From: an uncultured Planctomycetaceae bacterium
GTDB taxonomy: Bacteria; Planctomycetota; Planctomycetia; Planctomycetales; Planctomycetaceae
Assembly: GCA_963815195.1 (NCBI GenBank)
Contig: CAWFGE010000024.1
Coordinates: forward strand, 65,540-129,539
DNA length: 64,000 nucleotides
Reading direction: 5' to 3'
The translations under genes and the position numbers were made by a program. Below, piece after piece: positions 1 to 11,253 of the stretch; the stretch's first letter is position 1; each line of letters begins with the position of its first letter. The notes beneath the pieces were generated by a model. The model searched no databases. It was not told where the DNA came from and saw only the letters and a program-made list of their open reading frames with translations.

Positions 1-317
1 TTGAGCGAACTGCGGCGGGTTGTGATGGGATCCAGCCAGCCGATTGCGAATCAGGGGGTGCCGGTTTGAGTTGCCGCGGCGGCATTGCCGATATTTGGAC
101 ACGCCAAACGTGGCTCCCTAATTTCCTATGCGCAGAGAAGCTCGCGTCCAGCCCCGGTGTTTTTCAACTTTTTCGGATTTTCTCCGAATTGGTGGGGGGC
201 GATGCCGCACGGGATTCCCGGCATCTCGATCTCGCGAGGTGGGAACAATCCCGACCGGTGCCGAAGCGGACGCGGTGTGTCGGCCGCCAAGCAAAGCGTG
301 TTGCTTGAGCGCGTGCC

Positions 318-3300
318 CTAATCCTTGGGTTGGTCTGGTCCGGCGGCGTTCTTGAGCACCGCCTCGGCCTCGCGGCGGAGGACCTGGCACCACAGCCAAT
401 ACCACCATTCGCCCTTGCCGGGGATAAATTCGTCCGTCGAGTCGAACCGTTTGGCAATCTCCTCGAGGGCGACCTGATACTCCGCGCTGGCCTTCTCGGG
501 CTGGCCTAACCGCTGGTAGGCCATGCTGAGGAAAAAGCGAATTCCGACCCGGTCCCACACATCCGGCTGGGCCTTACGCATCCACTCGACGGCGGCCTCG
601 AATCGGCCGGCCCGGTACTCGGCCATTCCCTTCGTCAAGACCATGGTCGGGTAATGAGGGTGTGACTGCGTTCCGACGAGGCAGCGGTCGGCTAGCCGCA
701 GCAACTCCTTGGGATCTCCCCCTTCTTCCGACAGGAGGAGGCCCCAGAACAGAATATCCGCCACTACCAGCGAGTCGGATTCGCTGTAGCGTTCAAGTAA
801 CAACCCGGCATTCCGCTTATAGGTCACGCGGTCGTTCAGATACAGGGGCAGCGGGGCGATGCGATAGAAATAGACCCGGTCGCCCTGACCTATGGCGAAG
901 TAGCCATCGAAGGGGGGTGCCGCCTGTTCCCAGCGCCCCTGTTTGGCGAAAGCCTGGCCAACCTGGAGAAGGATCAAAGGATCCGACACCAACCCCGGGG
1001 CCCGGGCCAGATCGGCCTTTGCCTCGTTCAGCGGGTTGGCGCGGGCGTTTAGCATACCGCGAACGGCATGCTCCTCCTCTGTGGCCAGTTCGGCGCCTTC
1101 GAGTTGCTTGAGATGGAAAGCAAAGGCCGCGGTCTTCTTCGGGTCGCCCGCGTACAGTTTCGCCAATCTCAGGTGAGTGGCGATCGCGTGGCGGTCGGCC
1201 ATTTGTAATCGAGCGGCCCGGTCCCGATCGGCTTCATTCTCCACCGACCACAGAGCGATCACTGAGAACTGATCATGGCAGATGGCCCCGAGCCGTTGTC
1301 CATCGGAGCTAAAGCGAACCCGCGGGTTAAACCGGCGCGAATCGGGAAACAAGTGCTTACGCCCCAGTAGGGTGAGCAGTTCATGACCCGAGGCGACATC
1401 GAGCAATTTGACTTGCAGCTGGCTGGCAATGGCGAGCCGATTTCCCTCGGGGCTGAATGCCAGGTCCCTGGCCGCTTCGGGTCCGTCGCGGCTGACCTTT
1501 GGTTGCGCCGCCGACATGTCCCAGATCAGGACCGTCCGCGCAGAGCCGGCCGCCGCCAGACGTGCGCCATCCGCGCTGAAGCCCAGGGCCTGGAACGGCT
1601 CGTCCTCACCTTGGATGGCAGGGGAACCCGTGAACTCGCCCGCGACCTTCGTGCTGCCCACGTCGTAAACGCGCACGACGGGCCTGGACCAAGGGGCTTG
1701 CGCTTTTGCCCTGGGCATGATGAGCCGGCCAGCAATGGCGAGTTGGCTCCCATCCGGGCTCAACGCCAGTCGCGTCACGATGAGATTCGCTTCGTCGATT
1801 TGGAACAGCGGCCGGCCCTCGGCCGCGTCCCAGACCTTAACTTCCGCGTGCCCGGGCGTGTCAGGGGTGGGTTGCCCTGCAGTCGCAATGTGCGTCCCGC
1901 CTGCGTTAATGGTCACAAACCGTAAGTCCTGCCGGTGCCCCTTGAGGACGGACCGCTCCCGGCCGGTTGCCGCCTCCCAACACTTGGCGATTTTGGGATC
2001 GTCCCGGCTGATCCCGGCGAGCCAACGACCCTCGGCGTCCAGGCAAGCGGGCTCAGCGGGCGACTGCCATTGATCCGTCAGAGCGACGGCCGACCGGGAA
2101 CGCCACATTGTCTGGGAGTCGCAGTCGAAGGAGTGGACCTTTCCCCCACGGCTAACGGCGATGAGCCGCCTCCCCTCGTCGGCGAAGGCGATGGCCTCAG
2201 GGTGATCCACCGGGCTGGTGTCGATCAGGCCGTGCTCTGTGTCCTGGCTCAGGCCCCAGACCTTGACAGTCCCATCGAGACTCCCCGACGCCAGGCGCTG
2301 CCCGTCCGCGCTGAACGCCAGGCTCAACACCTGGCCACGATGCCCCCGATACTCGCGGAGTTCGTCACCATCGGGCACGGGCCAGATCCGCACGACTCCG
2401 TCCGTGGACGCGGCGGCCAACTGGTCTCCGGCGGGGCTGAAGGCGCCGGCGGCGAATCCCTGCGCCTCCCCGAGTGTCTTCAGCACTTTCCCGGACGCGG
2501 CGTCCCATAACACCACGCCGCCCACGTGCCAGGTCGCCACGTAACGCCCATCGGAACTCCAATCAACGCCGTTCGCGATCACCGTACTCCGGTCCAGCGC
2601 CAGCGTCTCGACGCCCCGCTCCAGATCCCAGATTTTGACTCGCCCCCACCCCCAATTCCGATAACTGGCGGCGAGGCGGAGGCCATCGGGACTGAAGACC
2701 ACTCCTGTTGTCGAATATTCGGGATCCATCGGCAGCGTCGTGCGCGGGACGAGTTGACCGTCGGATGGCGGGGGCACGTCGCAGATATCGATTTTGCCGA
2801 GCGACCCAGCGACCAGAACTTTGCTGTCGGGGCTGAAGGCCACGCTGGTCACGCCGAGTCCCCAGGTCCCGCTGAGGAGACTTCGCCCCGGCAGGACCCC
2901 CAGCAAGTCCCCGGAGGCGGCGTCCCACAGCCGCGCCGTGCCGTCCTGGCTACCCGATGCCAGAAACTGGCTATCGGGGCTGAAGGCGACAGCCGTGATC
3001 ACGTTTTTGTGGCCGCGGAGGGTGCGCAACCGCGAACCGCTGGCGGCATCCCACAGAATGACCTCGCCGGGCTCGATGCCCGTTTCTCCTTCGGACCTCC
3101 AGGATGGATTGCCGCCGCCGGCCGTGGCGAGCAACCTGCCGTCAGGGCTGTAGGCGAGGGCATAGACCCAGTTCGCGTGTCCCCCGAGCGTCATGAGGTC
3201 GCCGTGACAGAGCTGCTTGAGGAATCGCCACTCCCAGCCGCGGCGCCCCTCAGGGCAGCGGTTGAGGATGTCCTCGGTGTCGGTGACGTTGTTGCCGCGG

Positions 3301-4955
3301 TACTTGAGTTGAGCGCGAACGATGTTGCTGCTATATAAGGCTGCCGCCGTTCGCTCCTCGGACGCTTTGGCCTCATCTCGAGCCGATTCCGCGTCCCGAC
3401 GCTGCGCGTGCTCGTCGTTCCGTGCAATTTCTGCCAACCGCCACTGCCAGAACACGCCCGCGAACCCAATCAGGATCACCAGCACAATCCCCGCCAGCAG
3501 ACTCGCTGGCAGCGGGTTGCGGTGGCACCAGCGCCAGAACTTCTCCACTTCGCTGACGCAACGCGCCTGGATGGGGCGGTCTTCCACGTAGCGTTTCAGG
3601 TCCTCCGCCAGATCGGCCGCCGTCTGGTAGCGGTGGCTCGGGTCCCGGGCCACCGCTTTGAGAACCACCGTCTCTAGGTCTAGCGGGATTGCTGGATTCA
3701 GCTTCCGAAGTTTTACGGGTTCATCGTGCATCATCTGCTTGACGAGCTTGTTCCGGTCCGATTCGCGAAAGGCCGGTTGCAAAGCGAGCAACTCATACAG
3801 CGTCAGGCCGAGGCTGTACACGTCGCTGCGGGCATCTCCCTGGCCGTTGAAGCGCTCGGGCGCCATGTACCGCAGTGTTCCGAGCACATCGCCGGTCTGG
3901 GTCAGGTTGTCTCCCTCGCCGGTCCACGCCAGGCCAAAGTCGGCGATCCACAGGTTGCCGTACACATCCAACAACAGATTGGCCGGCTTGACGTCCCGGT
4001 GCAGGATGCCCTGCTGGTGGGCGTATTCCAGCCCCGCCGCCGCCTGCATGCCGATCCGCGCGACGCTGTGCCAATAGACCTGTTGGGGTTTCGTTCCGGC
4101 CTGGCTCGCAGCCACCCGTTGCAGCGAGGAATTGGACAGCGAGAACGTATCGGAAAGTCGGCCCCTTTTCGCCTCGGCCGAAGAATTTCCACCTGGATCG
4201 TGCTCCTCGCCTTCCTGTCCGGCGTCTCCGATTTTCGTATCGTTCCCGGCAAGCGAGACGGCGGACGAGCCGGCCGGATCGCATTTCGTGACTGGACGCA
4301 GAAACCGGCCCGACAACAGCGACTCGGCCGCGACAGCCGCAGAGCCATCCCGCGGCGCGACGTCCCGTTCGTCCTTCGCTCTCTGGCGGGTCTGCGAGGC
4401 CTCTCCATACCGGCGTTCAACCAGTTCCTCGAGTACTTCATCGAGTCCCAGTCCCGGGATGTACTGCATGACGTAGTAGTGAAGGGCTCCCTCCTCGCCG
4501 ACCCCGAAAACGGGAACGATATTCGTATGGTGCAGGCTCCCGGCCGCTTTCGCCTCGCGGTGGAACCGCTTGAGTTGCCGGTGGTCTCGAAACCGTGATT
4601 GCAACAAGACCTTGAGGGCGACGTGTCGGCTCAAAGAGAGCTGCTCAGCCTCGTAAACAACCCCCATCCCGCCTCGGCCGATCTCCCGCAAAATACGGTA
4701 ATCGCCCAATTGTCGCGGGTGTTGAAGAGCGTGGTCGGGCGGAATGTCCGCCGGATCCCACTCCCCCGTGTCGCTGTGGGGAGCGATCTTCTCCATCACC
4801 ACCAAGGCGGGAAAAAGCTCCCGAATTTCCGCGGCATGCTGCGGACAACGGCGGATGTACTCGCTTAGCTGAGGTTCTTCGCCGCGCCGGTAGCGTTCGA
4901 CGAACTCCTCCGCCAACCTCTCGACTGTTTCGCGTCGCGGTTTGGAGCTTTCCAC
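318..4955 (-). CDS. Hanks-type Ser/Thr protein kinase with one TM helix, WD40 repeats and C-terminal TPR-like region
   Basis: GRGGMGVVY, VALK, HRDVKPANLL, DFGLA, GTLRYMAPE, DVYSLG motifs; TM LLAGIVLVILIGFAGVFWQW; repeated GH...AFSPDG...WD units. Confidence 0.95.
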   Translation of the reverse strand: MESSKPRRETVERLAEEFVERYRRGEEPQLSEYIRRCPQHAAEIRELFPALVVMEKIAPHSDTGEWDPADIPPDHALQHPRQLGDYRILREIGRGGMGVVYEAEQLSLSRHVALKVLLQSRFRDHRQLKRFHREAKAAGSLHHTNIVPVFGVGEEGALHYYVMQYIPGLGLDEVLEELVERRYGEASQTRQRAKDERDVAPRDGSAAVAAESLLSGRFLRPVTKCDPAGSSAVSLAGNDTKIGDAGQEGEEHDPGGNSSAEAKRGRLSDTFSLSNSSLQRVAASQAGTKPQQVYWHSVARIGMQAAAGLEYAHQQGILHRDVKPANLLLDVYGNLWIADFGLAWTGEGDNLTQTGDVLGTLRYMAPERFNGQGDARSDVYSLGLTLYELLALQPAFRESDRNKLVKQMMHDEPVKLRKLNPAIPLDLETVVLKAVARDPSHRYQTAADLAEDLKRYVEDRPIQARCVSEVEKFWRWCHRNPLPASLLAGIVLVILIGFAGVFWQWRLAEIARNDEHAQRRDAESARDEAKASEERTAAALYSSNIVRAQLKYRGNNVTDTEDILNRCPEGRRGWEWRFLKQLCHGDLMTLGGHANWVYALAYSPDGRLLATAGGGNPSWRSEGETGIEPGEVILWDAASGSRLRTLRGHKNVITAVAFSPDSQFLASGSQDGTARLWDAASGDLLGVLPGRSLLSGTWGLGVTSVAFSPDSKVLVAGSLGKIDICDVPPPSDGQLVPRTTLPMDPEYSTTGVVFSPDGLRLAASYRNWGWGRVKIWDLERGVETLALDRSTVIANGVDWSSDGRYVATWHVGGVVLWDAASGKVLKTLGEAQGFAAGAFSPAGDQLAAASTDGVVRIWPVPDGDELREYRGHRGQVLSLAFSADGQRLASGSLDGTVKVWGLSQDTEHGLIDTSPVDHPEAIAFADEGRRLIAVSRGGKVHSFDCDSQTMWRSRSAVALTDQWQSPAEPACLDAEGRWLAGISRDDPKIAKCWEAATGRERSVLKGHRQDLRFVTINAGGTHIATAGQPTPDTPGHAEVKVWDAAEGRPLFQIDEANLIVTRLALSPDGSQLAIAGRLIMPRAKAQAPWSRPVVRVYDVGSTKVAGEFTGSPAIQGEDEPFQALGFSADGARLAAAGSARTVLIWDMSAAQPKVSRDGPEAARDLAFSPEGNRLAIASQLQVKLLDVASGHELLTLLGRKHLFPDSRRFNPRVRFSSDGQRLGAICHDQFSVIALWSVENEADRDRAARLQMADRHAIATHLRLAKLYAGDPKKTAAFAFHLKQLEGAELATEEEHAVRGMLNARANPLNEAKADLARAPGLVSDPLILLQVGQAFAKQGRWEQAAPPFDGYFAIGQGDRVYFYRIAPLPLYLNDRVTYKRNAGLLLERYSESDSLVVADILFWGLLLSEEGGDPKELLRLADRCLVGTQSHPHYPTMVLTKGMAEYRAGRFEAAVEWMRKAQPDVWDRVGIRFFLSMAYQRLGQPEKASAEYQVALEEIAKRFDSTDEFIPGKGEWWYWLWCQVLRREAEAVLKNAAGPDQPKD

Positions 4956-5106
4956 AGGCCAGCCCGTTGCAAAGGTGACGATTGGTTGCGGCGAAAGTGG
5001 GGAAAAACCCTACGTTACCATGCACCGTTCGCATTGGCCATCAAAATCCGTTTCGGAAATCAGAAAACAACCGTCAGCTCGGAACGGCCCACGGCATGGG
5101 CCGCCT

Positions 5107-5739
5107 TCACGAGTCAAACAAGCCAGGGATTCTGCGAAACTCATCGTGGAGGCGTTTGAGCGCCCGCAAATAGCGGCTGCTGGCGGTCGATTCGCTGATT
5201 TCCAGGGTCTGCGCGGCCTCGATGTTTTTCAACTGCTCGAAATGACGCAAGGCCAAAATCTCCCGGTCGAGCGGGTCCATGCTGTTCAATACGTCCTGGA
5301 CCCGGATCCGTATCTCCGCCTTAACGGCCGCCTCCGAAGGGGACGTCAGTTGTCCCAACAGATGGGCGGCCAGCGACGCGGTACTGGCGGAGGGCAGCGC
5401 CCCGCGGTGCAGTGACACCTCCAGTGCGGCATCCCGCATCTGGGCGCCCAGGTGCCGGCGGTGTGCATCAATGATTTTCTCCCCAGTCAGGTGCCGCAGC
5501 CACAGAAAAAAGGGCAACGGTCGATCGCGGAGGTAATCGCCTAGCCGTTTCGCCGCTTCCAGGTACGCATCCTGAACAATGTCGGAATCGTCCACTCGCC
5601 CCTGAAGTCGGCGACTGAGCCGCAGCCGCACCATCCGCTTGATCCGCTTGCGGTAGCGACACAGCAGCCCATCCACCGCGTCCGCATCGTGATCGGCGGC
5701 ACGTTCCAGCAGTCTTTCGATTTCGTCGGCGTCGTTCAT
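5107..5739 (-). CDS. ECF sigma-70 factor, planctomycete kinase-associated type
   Basis: Region 2 (RVDDSDIVQDAY...FFLWLR..IIDAHRRHLGAQMRD) and region 4 (DREILALRHFEQL...AAQTLEISESTASSRYLRALKRL); directly upstream of the kinase. Confidence 0.92.
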   Translation of the reverse strand: MNDADEIERLLERAADHDADAVDGLLCRYRKRIKRMVRLRLSRRLQGRVDDSDIVQDAYLEAAKRLGDYLRDRPLPFFLWLRHLTGEKIIDAHRRHLGAQMRDAALEVSLHRGALPSASTASLAAHLLGQLTSPSEAAVKAEIRIRVQDVLNSMDPLDREILALRHFEQLKNIEAAQTLEISESTASSRYLRALKRLHDEFRRIPGLFDS

Positions 5740-6193
5740 CGGAAAGTCGATCTCCTACTAGATTATGCGCAGACCGACTTCGCTCTAGCTCACAAATTCT
5801 CCAGATTTCAATCCTTCTCCCTGAATTGGCTTCCCTGCGAGGTTGTCAACCGTTCATTACGCGCCATCTCCATTTGACGTAAGAGGCATCTTCGGCAATC
5901 TGGTTCCCAATAAATGGATGATGCCGCTCCCGGATCCGTTTGGCGCAGCGGTTGGAAAACCCGAAGCGGTTTCGAGTTCCGCCCAGCCGCAGGCAGTCAA
6001 GGACACCTCTGAAGCAGAGTCGGCATTTTGACGACAAGAACACTTGGCGGGCCGGCGAGCCATCCCAAGGCCAAAGCACGCCCGTCGAACGAACCGAATC
6101 GGGGGTAACAACCCTTTACCTCCCGTTCTCGACGTCGGATTTTGTAAACGTGGCAAGAACACCCGGCGCATAACCGTCGCTCTTTGCGGACGG

Positions 6194-7435
6194 TCAATCT
6201 GTTTGCAGGATGCCGGTTCCATTCGGTGTGTCGGACGGAAGCGGATTCGGGGCGGCTCGATCCGCTCTTGGGTGGTGAGGATGCCTTGATTGCGGCAAAA
6301 ACGCGGTCTTGTAATCCCACCCGCTGGCTTGGATTGGTTCTCGACCATCTTCGGCGGATGGGGGTGACTGTTTGGGCACAGCCATCGGTTTCGTGGGGTT
6401 AATCATTACCTCCACGGGGAGGCCCACCACGAGTTGGCGGGCATCTTTTAGCTCGATCACGACTTCTCGTGTGCGGACATCCAGCATCTCATTGGGTTTA
6501 TGGGTCCGATATTGCTTTTGATCCAGCAGGGGAGCGCAAAACACGACTTTTCCTGAAAAGGTTTTGTCACCGAGACCATCCACTTTCACTTGGGCCGAAT
6601 CGCCGAGCGTCACATTCAAGGCATGCAGTTCCTCGACGTAGGTCCGCACCCGAATCGTGTCGAGATTGGCCAGGATCAAAACCGGTTCCGGGTCCGTGTC
6701 GGTCACCATCTCGCCGGTTTGCTTTAAGACATGCAGGATGGTCCCATCAATGGGCGAGACCAGGCGGGTTTGGTTCAGCATAGCTTGGGCGTGCTGCAAG
6801 TTCGCGCTCGCCACCTCAACTTGTTTGGAGGCGACTTCCAGATCATCGTTGCGAGCGGGGGCTTCCACTTCGGCGGCGAGGGCTTGTTGTTCGCTGAGCC
6901 GGGCTTTCGCCGTCTCCAAGGCATAAAACGCCTCGCTCCACTCCGAATCGGCAGCGGCGCGTTTGTCAAACAGGCGTTTAATCCGGAGCGCCTGATCTTC
7001 CAATCGCTTCACTTCCGCTTCCGCAACCAGAACTTTTGCCTGAGCGACTCGGCGGGTCTCCAGGCGGGCGGCGTTGACCAGTCTTGTGCGTTGGGTCATT
7101 GCCAGGGCAAGGTCGGCCTCGGCTTGGATCACTCGCTGCGTGAGAATGTCCGACGCCAGGTTCGCAATCAACTGCCCGCTCTGGATGCGGTCTCCTTCGC
7201 GGACGGATAAGCTCTCCAGCCGGCCGGGAATCTCGAAGCGGAGTTCGATGGTTTCAGTGGCCCCCTCGACAAAACCCGTGGCGTGGATGGTATCGGACGA
7301 CATACCGGTTGCAGAAACAGTCCGCGTGGGCAAGGAATGGGACTCGGGTTGCGGAATCATTGCCGCAATTTCAGCCTGATACTTCCAACCGACGGCACCC
7401 GCCGCAATCACGAATATCAAAATGAACCATTTCAT
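6194..7435 (-). CDS. HlyD/DevB-like periplasmic adaptor of an ABC exporter
   Basis: N-terminal TM, lipoyl half-motifs (GRLESLSVREGDRIQSGQ; SPIDGTIL) flanking a coiled coil; 4-bp overlap with the ATPase gene; low-complexity tail may be a frameshift extension. Confidence 0.9.
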   Translation of the reverse strand: MKWFILIFVIAAGAVGWKYQAEIAAMIPQPESHSLPTRTVSATGMSSDTIHATGFVEGATETIELRFEIPGRLESLSVREGDRIQSGQLIANLASDILTQRVIQAEADLALAMTQRTRLVNAARLETRRVAQAKVLVAEAEVKRLEDQALRIKRLFDKRAAADSEWSEAFYALETAKARLSEQQALAAEVEAPARNDDLEVASKQVEVASANLQHAQAMLNQTRLVSPIDGTILHVLKQTGEMVTDTDPEPVLILANLDTIRVRTYVEELHALNVTLGDSAQVKVDGLGDKTFSGKVVFCAPLLDQKQYRTHKPNEMLDVRTREVVIELKDARQLVVGLPVEVMINPTKPMAVPKQSPPSAEDGREPIQASGWDYKTAFLPQSRHPHHPRADRAAPNPLPSDTPNGTGILQTD

Positions 7436-8199
7436 GGTGACACCTTCTGCAGAGTTTGCGGTTCCCTGACACGGTTCGCGGCTTGCGTCTCGGCCAGTTC
7501 AAGACGGCTTGGCCGCGGTCCCTCCGCGGGGACGAGAAGTCCTTCTTTCATGGTGAGTATGCGATCGGCCATGGGGTAGATTCGCGAATCATGCGTGACC
7601 ACGAGGACGGTTTTGCCCATTTCCGCGCACAGCGTCTTGAGGAGGGTCATCGCGGTTTGGCCGGACTCCGAATCCAGGGAGGCGGTGGGCTCATCCGCGA
7701 GAATTAGCTCTGGGCTGCCAACTAAGGCGCGAGCCAAGGCCACACGCTGTCGTTGCCCCATGCTGAGTTGCGAGATCTGATAGTTGGCGCGGTCGGCCAG
7801 GCCCACGGCGTCAAGGATCTTAAGCGACTCGCGTTTGCTGGCCCTGCCGGATCGCCCCAACAACCGCAGAGTGACTTGGACGTTTTCCCAGGCATTGAGG
7901 CCGGCGAACAAGTGAAATCGTTGGAAGACGAAGCCCAGATTTTCCCGGCGGAATCGCGATTGATTCTTGGGCTTGAGCCGCGAGACATCCTGCCCGAGCA
8001 GTTCCAGATGACCGCTGTCGGGGGAGAGAATGCACCCCAGAATGGAGAGCAGCGTGGTCTTGCCGCTGCCGGAGGGGCCCACCAGGAACACGCATTCCCC
8101 GCGTTCAATCGTGAGATTGACATCCCGCAAGACCGGGGTGACGGTGGACCCGTTGCGATAGGACTTTCGAAGATGAGATGCCTGGGCGATTACTGTCAT
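7432..8199 (-). CDS. ABC transporter ATP-binding protein (DevA/LolD/MacB-like)
   Basis: Walker A GPSGSGKT, signature LSMGQRQRVA, Walker B ILADEPT, H-loop VVTHD. Confidence 0.96.
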   Translation of the reverse strand: MTVIAQASHLRKSYRNGSTVTPVLRDVNLTIERGECVFLVGPSGSGKTTLLSILGCILSPDSGHLELLGQDVSRLKPKNQSRFRRENLGFVFQRFHLFAGLNAWENVQVTLRLLGRSGRASKRESLKILDAVGLADRANYQISQLSMGQRQRVALARALVGSPELILADEPTASLDSESGQTAMTLLKTLCAEMGKTVLVVTHDSRIYPMADRILTMKEGLLVPAEGPRPSRLELAETQAANRVREPQTLQKVSP

Positions 8200-8205
8200 T
8201 GTTCG

Positions 8206-9327
8206 CTATCCCTGTAAGACCATCATCGGGTCCACTTTTCGAATTCGCCGCAGGGGCAGCATGGCTCCCAAAAAGCAAATGCAAAACACCAACAGGATTC
8301 CCCCGATCATCAACGCCGGCGGTATTTCAATGGGGGCCAAGGTGACGTTCCATGTTCGCCGAATTGCCAAAACCAATCCGGTCCCCAACAGGGAACCGAT
8401 CGTCGCCACGGTCAGCGCTTGAATGAAGACCACTTGCGAAATGCTGCCGTGCTCTGCCCCCATCGCGCGGAGGGTGGCGTAATCAGAAAGGTGATCTAAT
8501 GCCAGGGCGTATAAGCTTTGCCCGACCATCACCAATCCGACGAGCAACCCCATCAACGTGGAGGCCCCAAAACTGATGCCAATTCCCGTGCGCTTCATCC
8601 AATAATCTTTCGAGATGCCGCGAAACTGATCGGCCGTGTAAACATCCAAATCGGGGAGTTGCCGGCGGATATGCTCCGCGAGTTGGGGAATGTCGACATT
8701 GTCGGCCGCCTTCACCAGGAAATAGTGGCAGTAACCGTCAGGCACTCGCGAATACTGCCGGGCTGAGTCGAGATTGGTGAAAACGATAGGGGTCGTCATG
8801 AAGCCCAACATCCCATCGGTCTTAGCGGCGACCTTTGCCCGGAGGCCGTTGATTTCAATGACATCTCCCAGGTCGGCATTCCCCAGCTTTCGGCGGTCTT
8901 GCTCGTCGATGCTGATTCGGTCTGCTGCCACAAGATCCTCTGCCGAACCTGCGATGAAGTTTGGGGCACCGAGCCATGTCCCCGAATCACAGCCGATGAC
9001 CCAGACATCCTCGTAGCCCCCATTGGGGAGCGTGGCCGTGCCCTTCCCCACGATGTAGGGATCGGCTTGTTGAACTCCCGAAAGCCCTTTGATTCGCGAG
9101 AGTTGCGTGATGTGGATTTCTTTGGGGAGATCCACATTTTCCACCAGGCGATGCCCAATCCACAGATCGGCATCCGCCACGTTGATTAACAGGCTGGCGC
9201 GATCCATTAGTCCAAAGTACAACCCGCCCTGGACGTTGACGAGCACTAATGAAAACACGACCCCAATCACCGCCACCAACAGCTTGCCGCGATCGGAGAA
9301 TAATGTTTTGAAGGCGAAACGGCTCAT
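8206..9327 (-). CDS. ABC transporter permease, FtsX/DevC-like
   Basis: TM1, large periplasmic domain, three C-terminal TMs, DYATLRAMGA and KVDP motifs; ATG at 9327 overlaps the upstream TGA (ATGA coupling). Confidence 0.9.
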   Translation of the reverse strand: MSRFAFKTLFSDRGKLLVAVIGVVFSLVLVNVQGGLYFGLMDRASLLINVADADLWIGHRLVENVDLPKEIHITQLSRIKGLSGVQQADPYIVGKGTATLPNGGYEDVWVIGCDSGTWLGAPNFIAGSAEDLVAADRISIDEQDRRKLGNADLGDVIEINGLRAKVAAKTDGMLGFMTTPIVFTNLDSARQYSRVPDGYCHYFLVKAADNVDIPQLAEHIRRQLPDLDVYTADQFRGISKDYWMKRTGIGISFGASTLMGLLVGLVMVGQSLYALALDHLSDYATLRAMGAEHGSISQVVFIQALTVATIGSLLGTGLVLAIRRTWNVTLAPIEIPPALMIGGILLVFCICFLGAMLPLRRIRKVDPMMVLQG

Positions 9328-11175
9328 TGTTTGAATTCCCAGTCCATCCGGCCCCGCGCAAATACTGGAATCTTTGGAGGCGTTGTACAACAAGCATGGA
9401 CCTCGCTGATCCGCAGACGGGGCAACGGGGCCACCTCATAAGTTGGCGCGTCGGAGGACATAAAAGGAGTAAACGGAGGAATCTCTTCGCACGGAATGCG
9501 AAGCTCGATTACGCCGGGGCGATCGGCTTGCTCAAGGTATTCCCGCAAGCTGCTGCTCAATTGATCGATGGTGCCCGCCGACCCGACCCATAACTGATCG
9601 GACGCCCCCAGGCCACGGGCCATGTCCGCGATGGAAACAGCGGGATATTGCGAACCTTCGATGCGGCCTTTGAAGTAAAGCTGTTGCCGCGTGACGCACA
9701 TGCCATGCATGCCGTTGTTGAAAACCACAAAGAGGATCGGCAACTGGTAATGAACGGCGGTGTTGACCTCGGTGCCCAGCATCAGGAAGGCACCATCGCC
9801 GCAGAAGACCATGGTTCGAGAGTCGGGGGCCGACCCCATCTGGGCACCGACGGCGGCCGGAATAGCGTAGCCCATTCCGCCCATTCCCAAGGCGATCGTG
9901 GTGCTGACGGCACGAGGTATTCGCAGGTAATGCAGTGCCGCCGCCGCGCAGTTGCCCGCGTCGAACACGACGCGGCCCGTCTCTGGCAGATAATCTTGAA
10001 GCACCTCCAGCGCCTCGCTTTGCCGCAGGTCATCGGGCAGGCCTTTCGCCAAGCGCGCAAAACGCTTTGGGGCCAGTTCAGGCGCCATCCGCGCCGCGTA
10101 CCGTCGGATGGGGACTGGGGGACAGTTTTTAAGGGCCGGGACGATTCGATCGCAGAGTTGATTCAACTTTGAAAAGACAATTCCTTCATCCGCCTCAATC
10201 ACAATCGCGGGCGTGGCGACCCGCAGCACACGCCCCATTTCGACGTTCACAACGGCCAGGCGAGTCTGGCTTTAGCGCCTCTTGGATGGGCTGGGTCGTC
10301 ATCACATCGAAATCCGTTCCCACCGCGACAATGAAATCGGCTTCCTCTCTGAGAAAGCGATGCGCCGACGGCTCGCCGGCCACGCCCACCATGCCGATGT
10401 ACAACGGGTCGTCGTTGGGAAACGAATTCTTGCTCGAAAGAGTCGTGGCCACGCGCACGCCCAGGCGATGCGCAACGTCGTGGACCGCGCCAGGATTCGT
10501 GCAACGATCCACGCCGCTGCCCAAAAGCAGTACCGGGGCATGGGCGTCTCGAATCGCGGCGAACAGATCGCCGACTTCTTCGACCGAGACATCGCGCGGA
10601 CAGATAAAGTCCGCCACTCGGTCCGGCAGCCAGGCGGGTCGTGGTCCCACTTCGCAGTCAAAGAGATCGCGGGGGATCATCAATACCGACGGTCCAGGTC
10701 GGCCGTTTAAGGAGTCGGAGACGGCCGATTTCAGGCATGGCCAGAATTGGTCCGAGTCGCTGATGGTCGCCCGATACTTGGTGATGGCCGACCACAGCCT
10801 GTCCGCGTTGACCGTGCGGCCGATGCCCGACGAGTCTTGAAAGGCACCTCGTCCGTGCAGTTTGGTCGGCGGCTGGCCGACGAGGGCCAACACGGGAATC
10901 GACTCGGCGAATGATTCCGCGATGCCAACCGCCAGGTTCATCATCCCGCCGCCTGACGTGGCGCAGCAAACGCCCAGCGTGCGATGTGTCCGCGACCGGC
11001 AATCGGCCATGAACGCCGCGCCGATCTCCGATTTGGCGCATACGGTCTGGAATCTTCCGCGGCCGAGCCGATGGACCGCATCGTAAACGTGTTCGATGTT
11101 CGCACCACCCACGCCGAAGACATATTCCAAGTTCCAGTCACGCAGCGTTGAAACGAGGGCATCCGCCAGTTTCAT
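9324..11175 (-). CDS. Thiamine-diphosphate-dependent enzyme (acetolactate synthase/acyloin synthase-like), split by one frameshift near 10250
   Basis: N-part: FGVGGAN, catalytic Glu in KSEIGAAFMA, TSGGGMMN, GRPGPSVL; C-part: ThDP motif GDGAFLM...VVFNNG; ORFs 10195-11181 and 9324-10250 are collinear. Confidence 0.9.
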
Positions 11176-11253
11176 CGTCAAAACTCCTTCATGAGGCTTC
11201 TCTCGGTCGAGAGTTGGTTTCCCGAAAACGTCATCAATCCTTGCCTTCGAGAG

